A stretch of 63,516 bases of DNA, the filler included, from Octopus bimaculoides (lineage: Eukaryota), in assembly GCF_001194135.2 (NCBI RefSeq). It is 6 parts of 6 records of this genome, joined end to end, with 100 filler letters (N's around TTAATTAATTAA, not from the genome) between each part and the next. Parts side by side here need not be neighbours in the genome. Positions count along the whole stretch, not along the records: positions 1 to 12,985 come from NC_069009.1; positions 13,086 to 26,352 come from NC_068994.1; 4 more parts are not named here. One strand, given 5' to 3'. A model generated the notes under the pieces. That model was given only the letters and a program-made list of their open reading frames with translations, was not told the origin of the DNA and made no database searches. Positions 10,367 to 22,289 of this stretch are shown piece by piece (position 1 is the first letter of the stretch; each line of letters opens with the position of its first letter). The position numbers were made by a program, and so were the translations under genes.

Positions 10367-10392
10367 CACATTCTCATTTTTATATATATAGA
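9752..10392 (-). mobile_element. Non-autonomous Helitron (Lep1-like) with (CTGT)n and (GA)n
   Basis: Reverse strand A/TCTATATATATAAAA... ends CTGG/T, preceded by the hairpin GCTGC-GAA-GCAAC. Near-identical copy at 21828-22287. Confidence 0.75.
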
Positions 10393-11104
10393 TACCTACG
10401 CATGCACATAGATATGAACGTGTAACACCTTTCTTAATTCCAAAAGAAGGAAATATAGTGAAGTTGTAATCGGTTGACAGTATAAGGTCTCCGTATATTC
10501 TAATAAGACATTGAAAGAGAAAGATAATGCCTAATTCTATGCAAGCCTGAAACGTGGGACGAAATTGAAAATGACCTCAAAATTGTACATGACCTCTTTT
10601 TCAGTGCCTCCTTCTTTCCCACCGTCACTCTTTTTGTGCCAGATTTCTTTCATCTTCATCTATAAAGCATACAATATCAACTTTGTGCTGGTTGTCTTTC
10701 ACATAGAACATGCAAGGTGCACGAAACATCAGCGTCTGTCTCTCACAGTTACCCGTCTTTCAACTTCTATAGAAATTTGTTTCCTGTCATTCTGCGTTTC
10801 ATTTTGTCATTCCGTGAAAATATATTTATTTATGCTTTGAAGAGAGCAGAAATTGAAAGAAAAGAGAAAGCGAAAAGGGGGAGAGAAAGCAGAAAGTGAA
10901 GGAAAAGAGAAAGTGAAATATGTATGTAAGTGTCTATGAAATGGACGTTTGTGTTTGNNNNNNNNNNNNNNNNNNNNNNNNNNNNNNNNNNNNNNNNNNN
11001 NNNNNNNNNNNNNNNNNNNNNNNNNNNNNNNNNNNNNNNNNNNNNNNNNNNNNNNNNNNNNNNNNNNNNNNNNNNNNNNNNNNNNNNNNNNNNNNNNNNN
11101 NNNC

Positions 11105-12480
11105 ACACACTATTTACAGTATCAAAGGCCTTCGTTAAATCAATGAATACCTCTGGACAAGATCCATATTCTGCTCATAGCACTTTTCCTGCATCTGTCT
11201 TGCTGTGAAAATCATATCCATTGTCCCTCTACCAGATCGGAAGCTACATTGAGATTCAGATAGGACATCATTTACGAGACACCCATTCAGGCAAGTAAGA
11301 AGAATATTTGCCAGAACCTTGCCAGCAGCTGATAGTAGAGCAATACCTCTGTAGTTAACACACATTGTTCTGGCTCCTTTTCCTTTATAGAGAGGAAGAA
11401 TAATTGCATCCTTCCAGTCCTAAGGGATTGCACCATTGCTCCAGACTGCACTAATAAGTTGATGAAGGGACTGTATGATGTAATCACCACCAAATCGCAA
11501 GACCTCAGCACAAATTCCATCCTTTCTAGGCACCCTACCAAGATTCAGTTTACTTATTGATGTCATTGCTTCATCTATTGAGAGCGAGGAGTCTAAGGAG
11601 CCAATGATAGGTCTTTGTTGCATAGTATCAATCACTGTTTCATCCACAACTGACTCATGGTTTAGGAGTTCAGAGAAGTGTTCGATCCAGCGACATGTGA
11701 TTTCTGTAAATTTAATAAATAGAGTGGAAGACTCCTTGGAAAGCAAAGAAGCTCATGTGGAGTTCTTGGGCCCATAAACTTGCTTAATAAGATGGTAAAG
11801 CTTCTTGCTGTTATTTCCATCAGCAGGAACCTGAACATCAAGAGCAAGATCCTTCCCACCAAGTGTTCTGCATCTTCCGGTGGGATCGCTGCAGTAGTGA
11901 TTTTACACTGCTATAGTGGGCAAGTGCTAGATTTCGCTGCTCAGCAGAAAGTCCTCTGTTTAGCAATACATTGTGGGCATGGCGCTTTACAGCCAATAGT
12001 CGCAGAACTTCAGCACCATTTTCATTAAACCAGTCTCTGTGTTTGGCAGTAGCATATCCCAGTGTTTCAGCAGCACATTGAAGAACCTGGTCTCGAAAAT
12101 CTTCCCATGCTGCAGTATTTTCAATACTGGACAAGCGAGTCTGAAGCTCTTTCCTGAACACAGCATCATATATCTTGTAGACATTCAGATGCTAAGGAAT
12201 GCTGACTGGCCCTCTTCTTTCTTTCACTCTAATCATCATTCGGGACTATGCTCACACCAGACTGTGGTCTGTCCAGCTTTCCGATCCATGAAAGGACTTG
12301 ACATTACAAATGTCATCGATATCACGCCAAACTTTAGACCTTGGATGCATCCACGCTGTTGTGTGATTACCTTGGTGCATAAAATGAGTGTTTGCGATGA
12401 AAAGTCCATGTTTATTGCAACGCTTCAGCAGCATGAGACCATTGCTATTCATTTTTCATACTCCAAAACGTCCTAGAGGG
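11105..12480 (-). mobile_element. Decayed RTE (BovB-like) LINE: end of APE endonuclease to start of RT
   Basis: LFIANTHF...WMHPRSKVW, RWIEHFSELLN, NYRGIALLSAAGKVLA, QCSFRSGRGTMDMIF, VFIDLTKAFDTV; multiple frameshifts. Confidence 0.92.
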
Positions 12481-12985
12481 TTCCATGTTTGCAAGTCTGT
12501 TCCAACCCTGGTACTGAAATTCCCTAGTTGAATGACCTTATCAGAATTGGGGTTTTTCCTAAATAAGCCTCTCAGCTGGGTGTAGAAAAATAGTTTTATC
12601 TACATCACAGCTAGTCAAAGTAGATTTCTAATGAAGTAATAAGCAGAAAAGAGAAGCCGTCATGAGAAAACTTACGTTGAAAATAACATGCACACGATTT
12701 TTTTTTCTCAATAGAAGTAAATTCCAAAGTAAACGTTTCTAGTAGAGAAGTAGGAGAGAACAGGACATAACTACAGAGAAATCTACGGATGCACATACGC
12801 ACATAATAGAGAAAAATGAAACAATTATGGACGACTTGCTCCGAAACACCACCGAGTGGGGAACGCTTCTCAAAAATAACCTGCAGTTGTTTCGTTCAAA
12901 ATTCCTACATGTTCGAAATGTACATACATCAAGGTATATTTGTAGAAAATTTCACGAAAAAATATTAATTTTCCTGGAAGTTAAG

Positions 12986-13085
12986 NNNNNNNNNNNNNNN
13001 NNNNNNNNNNNNNNNNNNNNNNNNNNNNNTTAATTAATTAANNNNNNNNNNNNNNNNNNNNNNNNNNNNNNNNNNNNNNNNNNNN
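12986..13085. other. Artificial scaffold spacer 44N-TTAATTAATTAA-44N
   Basis: The same 100-bp structure occurs five times; the 12-mer has stops in all six frames. Confidence 0.95.
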
Positions 13086-13149
13086 CTGTTATGTTTCCCT
13101 CGGGTGACTCGTAGAGATAACACAACGAGTTATACAATTTAATTATTAC

Positions 13150-13555
13150 ATTTATTGTTCAATTACATACAAAGAACGCACTAACCCAATGTTCGTTATG
13201 AATAAACAAAAGTCATGTCCGCCATATATATATCAATGACATTTTACTACGACAGTCCCACAAGACAACAACAATGAAACAATGAACTCAGACGAACCAC
13301 ATGACACACGGAACGTCAGACGAATTACATATCTAACAGTCCATATAACACCTACAATGTTTTCATGTAGTTCGGTTTTAAACTGTATAGACCAGGCATT
13401 GTCTTCTTCCAGTGATTTGATTGGTAATTTACAAGAAATTTTATTTCAAGAATGCAAAAAGAGTTTATTTTGTATAACTTGCTGACAGTCTTCATCCGAA
13501 TGTAGCATTGGTAGATTGAAGACGCTTGCTCCGTCGGTAATAAGTCTTCTTGCAA
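13150..13555 (-). CDS. Candidate terminal exon plus 3' UTR of an unidentified gene
   Basis: Acceptor CATTTCTATTATAG. Phase-1 frame xARRLITDGASVFNLPMLHSDEDCQQVIQNKLFLHS* (TGA 13446-13448); the phase-0 frame is also open (ORF 13352..13555). AATAAA at 13151-13156 (-). No homology recognised. Confidence 0.25.
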
Positions 13556-14100
13556 CTATAATAGAAATGTAATGATATTAAAATAACGAACGACGACCAT
13601 TAATTTCATAATATAGGAAAACTCTAACTTAATAAAGCATATTATTCATTTAAATATATCTATTTGGCGATGGTCTTAAAAACTTGGAAGCAATCAAAGG
13701 GAAGCCACTCCTAATTTTGCTTCGGTTAAAGCTTGCATGTTAGTTCCCATTTGAACATTTAAAACGTGTTTCTCCTTTCACATGGAAGTCTGCATACAAG
13801 TGCAATCTGTACTAAAATATGAAGTGATTTCCCATTCATTGCAAGTACTTTTAAAGAAGTTTGTCAAATATAATATAAAAGAAAAAAGACGCATGAAAAT
13901 CTATAGCAAACTATATAACGGAACAAAGAAATTTATGTAGAAACATGTTTGTATTCGAATAGGAAAACGAACAAACACAAAAGATAATATTAAAAGATAC
14001 TCTCTAAAATGCTCCGCGTGGATCATCATTTACACATTAAGGAAATACACTTTTCCTTCACGCATGTAAACATATATACACTATACACACACACACACAC

Positions 14101-14151
<51 letters not shown>

Positions 14152-14813
14152 NNNNNNNNNNNNNNNNNNNNNNNNNNNNNNNNNNNNNNNNNNNNNNNNN
14201 NNNNNNNNNNNNNNNNNNNNNNNNNNNNNNNNNNNNNNNNNNNNNNNNNNNNNNNNNNNNNNNNNNNNNNNNNNNNNNNNNNNNNNNNNNNNNNNNNNNN
14301 NNNNNNNNNNNNNNNNNNNNNNNNNNNNNNNNNNNNNNNNNNNNNNNNNNNNNNNNNNNNNNNNNNNNNNNNNNNNNNNNNNNNNNNNNNNNNNNNNNNN
14401 NNNNNNNNNNNNNNNNNNNNNNNNNNNNNNNNNNNNNNNNNNNNNNNNNNNNNNNNNNNNNNNNNNNNNNNNNNNNNNNNNNNNNNNNNNNNNNNNNNNN
14501 NNNNNNNNNNNNNNNNNNNNNNNNNNNNNNNNNNNNNNNNNNNNNNNNNNNNNNNNNNNNNNNNNNNNNNNNNNNNNNNNNNNNNNNNNNNNNNNNNNNN
14601 NNNNNNNNNNNNNNNNNNNNNNNNNNNNNNNNNNNNNNNNNNNNNNNNNNNNNNNNNNNNNNNNNNNNNNNNNNNNNNNNNNNNNNNNNNNNNNNNNNNN
14701 NNNNNNNNNNNNNNNNNNNNNNACACACACACACACACACACACACATACATTCCGGTGCCCCAGCATAGCCACAGCCTCAGCACTGAAACATAAAAGAA
14801 TTAAAGAATACAC

Positions 14814-14957
14814 ACGACGGACTTCTTTCAGTTTCCGTCTACCAAATCCACTCACAAGGCTTCGACCAGCCCGAGCTATTGTAGAAGACATTTGCCCAAG
14901 GTGCCACGCTGTGAGACCGAACCTGGGACCATGTGGTTGGGAAGCAAAGTTCTTGCC
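14814..14957 (-). mobile_element. Family A SINE, 5' half
   Basis: Same motifs as 30-181. Confidence 0.85.
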
Positions 14958-14994
14958 AGAGAGAGAGATACATAATACATACATACATATACAT

Positions 14995-15965
14995 CATGAT
15001 GATGATGATGATGATGATGACAGCGGTTCTTCGTGTCCGAAGATCATGAGAATGAGCACCGAGCTATGTAAACTGATCTTTGAATGACAATCTCTGATAC
15101 ATTTAGGACAAATATTGAGGCTTTCGTTCGATGTGGGTTGTGACGATGACTATCGTTCTTTGGCTTTTCTGTCACCGTAATTGTTCTGGTTTTCTCAAAA
15201 TTGCTTGTAACGGTCTGGATGTAATCTCTCTACACTTTACTCTATGCTGCGAGTTCCTCCCAACGTATGGAAGTCGTTCCCATATGGGTGGGTTGCTGCT
15301 TTCAGCTGGTCTTTGAAACGCTTCCGAGAGTGGCTCTTCTGTTGTTTTCGCTCTGGCTGAACTCGTGGAATATGGCCTTCGGCATTTTGGATTTGATCAC
15401 GTGTAAGGTGTAGTCTGCCCATCTGAATTATCTGAGCAGCAACATGGTTTCAATGCTACGGACGTTGATCTGCTGAAGGACTTCGTTGTTGGTAATAAAT
15501 TCCTTCCATGAGATGTTCATGATGAAACAAAAACACCATTGGTGGAAGCACCCTAGCAGCTTGACTTGCATCCTGTACAGCATCCAAGCTTCTGACCCAT
15601 AGACTGCCTTGTAGACTTTGATTCTGGTGGATATGTGCAGTGTGCGGGAGTTGTTGGCTTTAACAATGTGATTGTCAACATCCTTTTCAAGGTTGTGACA
15701 CTGGAAATGACACTCATAAACTAAGTGAAGTATTCGATCCATTCTCAGTTGAGAATGGCGTGAAACGGTGCAGAGGAAAGCCAAAAGGGACGTGCGCGAG
15801 AGAAACCTACATCCGTTTCTACACTGACAGGTGCATATTCAACCTTCACTGACTCCTTGCTCGCAGAAAGGTTCGTGTCTAGCTTTGCTAAAGCAGCCAA
15901 AGCCTTAGGCCTCTCCATCAGTCTGAGGAAAACAGAAGTGCTGTTCCAGAAACCAACATATGCTA
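14995..15965 (-). mobile_element. 5'-truncated RTE LINE with intact 3' end and inverted 5' segment
   Basis: 15842 down to ~15020 (-): YFT, LEKDVDNHIVKAN, VYGSEAW, GRLHL, C-terminal Cys remnant, then CTTCGGACACGAAG and a (TCA)n tail. 15844-15965 encodes SFAKAAKALGLSISLRKTEVLFQKP on the + strand. Confidence 0.85.
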
Positions 15966-16159
15966 CATACCGACTTCTGCAAATCAAATACATTCATACA
16001 TACATGCATACATATATGCATACATTACATACTTACATACATACATGCATGCACACATAAATGCATATATAGACACACATACATACATACATACATACAT
16101 ACATACATACATACATACATACATACATACAAACATACATACATACATACATACATACA

Positions 16160-17321
16160 TAGCGATGTAGACCACCTCCACTTAAAACAAAAACAAGTAG
16201 GCTGAAGCTTAAGATCGTTCGAAACAGCTTTTGAATGTCGTATCATATCCCTTCTGCAGCATTTCTTAACTACCAAGTATCGAAGTACATCCCTTGATCA
16301 AATTTTGCATATACGAGGCAGATAACACCATGAGACTCGGAAAGCAGCTCCTTCAGCAGCATTCCTAATATGATAACCTTGAATACATGCCCAGAGTAGA
16401 TGCGCGACTCTAGCGTAACGTACCATCAGGTGAAAGGATGAGCGTATATCAGCAGAAGATCATGCTTGGATATATTATGAGAAAGCTCCGGGATGATAGT
16501 AGCATTGATAACCAAAGCAGTTTATCATGAACAAAAACCGGATTACTACCTCTCACTTTGAAGGGTAGCGTTTGCAATCCAGGAACAGGAAATATCAACC
16601 AAATACTTGATACAAAAAAGGGACAGAGAAGCAAAGAAAACACCAAAATGTGATAACCAATGCGCACTTTGTGGAGTTAACCCCGAAGACATTATCTACA
16701 TCACAAGCAGTTGTCTGAAAATGTCATCACGGTATTATCTGCTGATGAGACATGATGATGTAGCTAAGACACTGTATAATGAGATCCGTCGGAAGGATAA
16801 CCCCGAGGCTAAATAAAAATAACCCACAGTATGGTAGAAGCCATAGCCATTCATAATAAGGAGTACTGGAGGAATATCCCAGTGAAAACTCAATAAAATC
16901 TAGACATAATAGAACTGACATAGTGAGACAGGGAAGAGAAACTAAGTGCAGTTGTGGAAGTCAGCTGCCCAGCGGATGTTAACATAAAGCTGAAGATCAG
17001 CGAGAAAGAAAACACTTACGTTGTACTATTGAGAAATCTACAGTTACTCTACCCAGATTACAAGTTAAAGTGTATACCTGTAATTATTGGGGTACTGGGA
17101 TATGTAACACACTGCCCAAGTACCAATCTTGAGAAATAAGGCTTTTCAAAGCCAGAAAGGAGAAAACTGATTCGAAAACAGCAGATCTAAGCAATCACTG
17201 GAACTGTAAAGTTGCCTGTCTAGACATGCAACTATATGCATGAGAATACATACATAAAACAAAACATACAAATCTGCACACACACACACAACACACACGC
17301 ACATATACACACAAAAATATA

Positions 17322-17403
<82 letters not shown>

Positions 17404-17446
17404 CACATACATGGAAAATACCCTGTTGGTGTGGTTGAAATTTCAA
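16160..17446 (+). mobile_element. RLE-type (R4/Dong-like) non-LTR retrotransposon, 3' part, copy 1
   Basis: SDVDHLHLKQKQVG (post-RT), CALCGVNPEDIIYITSSC knuckle, RHDDVA, EVSCP..DxNI..K..EKE..Y, PVIIGVLG. 3' UTR contains (CA)n and (TA)n; (TACA)n on both sides. Confidence 0.85.
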
Positions 17447-17494
17447 TACATACATACATACATACATACATACATACATACATACATACATACA

Positions 17495-18562
17495 TTACAG
17501 GTATCTAGTGGGTGGATGAAAATATATCTTACAATGGCACCTGTAACAAAACATGTCACTGAAGAAAATTACACCCGAATAAAGAAAATTTGGACCTCAG
17601 AACTTTCTACATTCAATAAAATGTGTTTCCAACGCCAGTACTCATACCAATATTTGGGCTGCTTGATTGGATGCTTGATGAGATCCGAGCCATTGATGTG
17701 AAAACCCGAAAAATGCTAACAAGCACACATAATTTCCACATAGTAACATCGATCATCAAAGCAGTTTATCATGGACTAATAGGCGAATTACTACCACCCA
17801 CTTTGAAGGGTATGCATTTTCAATCCAGAAACAGGAAATATCAACCAAATACCTGATGCACAAAAGGGACAGAGATGCAGTAAAAGCCATAAAATGTGAC
17901 AACCGATGCAGATTTTGTGGAGTTCACACGGAAGATATCACCCACATCATAAACAGTTGTCTGAAAATGTCATCATAGTATTGTCTACCGATGAGACATG
18001 ACGTTGTAGCTAGGACACTCTATAATGAAATCCGTTGGAAGGATAATCCCACGGACAAAGAAATAAGAACCCACAATATGGTAGAAGCCATAACTACTCA
18101 TAATAAAAGGGGATACTGGTAGAATGTATCAATGAAGACCTCAATAAAATGTAAGCACAACAGACCTGATACAATGATTTGGGATAGAGAAGAGAAACTG
18201 TGCACAGTTGTGAAAATTTGCTGAAGATCAATGAAAAAGAGAACACCTGTGCTAAGCTATTGAGAAATCTGCAGTTACTCTATCCATATTACAAGTTCGG
18301 GTTTATACCTGTAATTATTGGGGCCCTAGGATATGTAACATACTGCTTAAATACCAATCTTGAGAAATTAAGCTTCTCAAAACCAGAAAGGAGAAAGCCA
18401 ATTCGAAGATCACAGATCCAGTCTATCACTGGAACTGTGAAAAATCTGTGAAACCTTCCAGAAGTTTACCATTTAAATGATATGGGTATGTCTAGATATG
18501 CAACTATATGCATGAGAATATATACAGAAAGCAAAACATACAAATCTGTACACACACACACA

Positions 18563-18608
<46 letters not shown>
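17495..18608 (+). mobile_element. RLE-type non-LTR retrotransposon, copy 2 (internal deletion; 3' end lost in gap)
   Basis: RIKKIWTSELS..NK, IDVKTRKMLT..HNFH, CRFCGVHTEDITHIINSC, RHDVVA, PVIIGALG. Closely similar to copy 1. Confidence 0.85.
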
Positions 18609-19452
18609 NNNNNNNNNNNNNNNNNNNNNNNNNNNNNNNNNNNNNNNNNNNNNNNNNNNNNNNNNNNNNNNNNNNNNNNNNNNNNNNNNNNNNNNNNNNN
18701 NNNNNNNNNNNNNNNNNNNNNNNNNNNNNNNNNNNNNNNNNNNNNNNNNNNNNNNNNNNNNNNNNNNNNNNNNNNNNNNNNNNNNNNNNCAGAACGACTC
18801 CGGGATCGAGTTTCGTGCATTAGCATTTATCAAACTCAAACCTTTATAAAGATTAACCATTCTTAAACGGAAAAAATGAGTAAATATTCATCAGTTATGG
18901 CTCGTTGGAAGCGTTCAGCCGTCGTTTTTTCTTTTCTATTTTTCTCTTCTTTTTTTTTTTTTTTTCCTTTTTTTTGCACTGACGGTGGAAATGAAAATAA
19001 CATTGAAATCTAAAGGACAATTGCTTGAAAAATGATATAGAAAAGTAAAAATAAAAGTAAACTAAGAAAATATATAAGCAAATGCTTCAAAAGTTATGTC
19101 CCTTGGATTGGCATGGAAAGCTACAAAACTGGTTGCATGATGAACAAACCTGCAGAGTATTGCTTGTATAAAAAACATATTTGAGTGAGACGAGGTGTGG
19201 GGATTGAAAGAGAGGGAAATAGAAAAGAAGGTAGAGAGAAAGTTGGGGTTAAGATGAGAGGGGAAGAGCTTGAGGAAACAGACAAAATCAGAGGCAAATG
19301 AAGGTCTAACCGAGATGATCAACAAGAAAACAAAGGGACTTCAAATACATAGAATGGGATGAAATGATAATGTCTAAGTTCATATTAAATTGACTGGTAA
19401 TAATTTTGCTGTAACTGACTCATAACAATATATTATTAATGATATAATTATA

Positions 19453-19614
19453 GGCGCAGGAGTGGATGTGTGGTAAGAACCTTGCTTCCCAACCACATGG
19501 TTCCGGGTTCAGTCCCACTGCGTGGTACCCTGGGCAAGTACCTTCTACTATAGCCTCGGGCCGACAAAAGTCTTGTGAGTAGATCTGGTAGTTGGAAACT
19601 GAAAGAAGCCTGTC

Positions 19615-19668
<54 letters not shown>

Positions 19669-19885
19669 TTGTGTGTGTCTGTGTTTGCCCCTCTACCATC
19701 GCTTGACAACCGATGCTGGTGTGTTTACGTCCCCGTACATTAGCGGTTCGGTAAAAAGGAACCGATAGAATATAAGTACTAGGCTTACAAAGAATAAGTC
19801 CTGGGGTCGATTTGTTCGACTAAAGGCAGTGCTCCAGCATGGTCGCAGTCAAATGACTGAAACAAGTAAAAGAGAGTAAAAGAAT
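19453..19885 (+). mobile_element. Full-length family A SINE with internal (TA)n(TG)n
   Basis: GGCGCAGGAGTGG head, A and B boxes, CORE-like segment, 3' GACTGAAACAAGTAAAAGAGAGTAAAAGAATA. Confidence 0.9.
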
Positions 19886-19976
19886 AACAATGTATTATTA
19901 GTAATACACCAACTCTGTCATCGTACACTGACGGTGTTCCTTTCTCTAACTTATGAACCCTTCCCATGTATACGAA

Positions 19977-20008
<32 letters not shown>

Positions 20009-20195
20009 ATTTTTCATCTCTCATCTGTTTCAGTCATTTGACTACGCTGTGGCCTCTGAGAATTTTTAGTCCAATGAATTATTCTTGTAAAGACTGGTAC
20101 TTGTTCTAGGAGTCTTTGTTTTTTGCTGATTCACCAATTTAGATTACCTTGGTAATGTGTTGACATAAATTTTTGTAGATATTATTATTAATTTT

Positions 20196-20412
20196 AATAA
20201 TCCTTTCTACTATAGGCACAAGGCCCGAAATTTGGGGGAGAGGGGATAAGTCGATTACATCGGCCCCAGTGCGTAACTGTACTTATTTAATCGACCCCGA
20301 CAGGATGAAAGGGAAAGTTGACCTCGGCTAAATTTGAACACAGAAAGTAGCAGCAGACGAAATATAACTTTCTTTATTACCCGCAGGGGGCCAAACACAA
20401 AAATGGACAAAA
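20196..20412 (-). mobile_element. Family C SINE plus a second tail fragment
   Basis: CCCAGTGCGTAACTG.TACTTA, GGATGAAAGG.AAAGT, AATTTGAAC. Confidence 0.8.
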
Positions 20413-20608
20413 CAACTGATTGGGATCAGTAATACGTTATGATTTTACATAAAATATGAATATAAATATTATATATAGAGTATTAAATAAATCGAATGAA
20501 ATTAACAATACCGAGACAACACAAATGTAGCGATGATCAGGCCACGCTCCGATCCCACAAGCCCCGATCTATCGCTGGTACCTTTTTTTGTTCTTCTTTT
20601 ATAGCCTA

Positions 20609-20699
20609 CTAGCAGAAATATCCGGCGTTGCCCGGGTTAAAGAGAATAATGAAATCTAAAAACGCCGTCTAGACTACGCATCATCTTTATATATAGAGA
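20609..20699 (-). mobile_element. Complete 91-bp mini-Helitron
   Basis: A/TCTCTATATATAAAG...CCGGGCAACGCCGG(hairpin)-ATATTTCTG-CTAG/T. Confidence 0.75.
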
Positions 20700-21827
20700 T
20701 GTATATACACACACGCACCCAAACACACGTATATATATGTATATCAATATAAATATATGAAGGTCAATGAAGTTTCGTAAAAGAAGGTGATCATGTACAT
20801 ACTTTCTTGCTGTTGTAATTATAACACCTCATTGTAAACTATGTTCCTTGTNNNNNNNNNNNNNNNNNNNNNNNNNNNNNNNNNNNNNNNNNNNNNNNNN
20901 NNNNNNNNNNNNNNNNNNNNNNNNNNNNNNNNNNNNNNNNNNNNNNNNNNNNNNNNNNNNNNNNNNNNNNNNNNNNNNNNNNNNNNNNNNNNNNNNNNNN
21001 NNNNNNNNNNNNNNNNNNNNNNNNNNNNNNNNNNNNNNNNNNNNNNNNNNNNNNNNNNNNNNNNNNNNNNNNNNNNNNNNNNNNNNNNNNNNNNNNNNNN
21101 NNNNNNNNNNNNNNNNNNNNNNNNNNNNNNNNNNNNNNNNNNNNNNNNNNNNNNNNNNNNNNNNNNNNNNNNNNNNNNNNNNNNNNNNNNNNNNNNNNNN
21201 NNNNNNNNNNNNNNNNNNNNNNNNNNNNNNNNNNNNNNNNNNNNNNNNNNNNNNNNNNNNNNNNNNNNNNNNNNNNNNNNNNNNNNNNNNNNNNNNNNNN
21301 NNNNNNNNNNNNNNNNNNNNNNNNNNNNNNNNNNNNNNNNNNNNNNNNNNNNNNNNNNNNNNNNNNNNNNNNNNNNNNNNNNNNNNNNNNNNNNNNNNNN
21401 NNNNNNNNNNNNNNNNNNNNNNNNNNNNNNNNNNNNNNNNNNNNNNNNNNNNNNNNNNNNNNNNNNNNNNNNNNNNNNNNNNNNNNNNNNNNNNNNNNNN
21501 NNNNNNNNNNNNNNNNNNNNNNNNNNNNNNNNNNNNNNNNNNNNNNNNNNNNNNNNNNNNNNNNNNNNNNNNNNNNNNNNNNNNNNNNNNNNNNNNNNNN
21601 NNNNNNNNNNNNNNNNNNNNNNNNNNNNNNNNNNNNNNNNNNNNNNNNNNNNNNNNNNNNNNNNNNNNNNNNNNNNNNNNNNNNNNNNNNNNNNNNNNNN
21701 NNNNNNNNNNNNNNNNNNNNNNNNNNNNNNNNNNNNNNNNNNNNNNNNNNNNNNNNNNNNNNNNNNNNNNNNNNNNNNNNNNNNNNNNNNNNNNNNNNNN
21801 NNNNNNNNNNNNNNNNNNNNNNNNNNN

Positions 21828-21905
21828 TTTCTCTCTCTCTCTGAAAGTATCTGTCATTACAGTATCGAAATGGTGTACATATACATGTATATGTATACAT
21901 ATACA

Positions 21906-21936
<31 letters not shown>

Positions 21937-22230
21937 CTTTCTCTCTTTCTCTCTCTGTGAAAGTATCTGTCACTACAGTATCGAAATGTGATTGTTTCAG
22001 TTAGTGGAATAGTTTCATTTTTAAAGTGAAAGTATTTGACATGAGTGTTTTTGTTTCACTTTGGACACGTAATACTTAAATAGTGGAGGAGATATTTGTG
22101 TTGCCGTGTGCTCGAACTCTGCAAGAAGTTAATAATTTCTTTTGACTAAAACACAACTGGAACCCTAAGTAAGGCATGTGTAAAATTTGAATGAAATTGG
22201 TTGCGTAGTTCTCGAGTTTTAGGGATTCAC

Positions 22231-22261
<31 letters not shown>

Positions 22262-22287
22262 CACATTCTCATTTTTATATATATAGA
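21828..22287 (-). mobile_element. Second copy of the Lep1-like Helitron (3' end in gap)
   Basis: Near-identical to 9880-10392; 5' A/TCTATATATATAAAAATGAG. Confidence 0.8.
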
Positions 22288-22289
22288 TT

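Noticed and set aside
11105-15965. Two minus-strand RTE pieces as one split element
   Set aside because: Their order is not colinear and a scaffold spacer separates them.
19060-19370. Possible very old LINE RT C-terminal remnant
   Set aside because: Only a vague resemblance (EVWGLKERE..ERK); too decayed to call.
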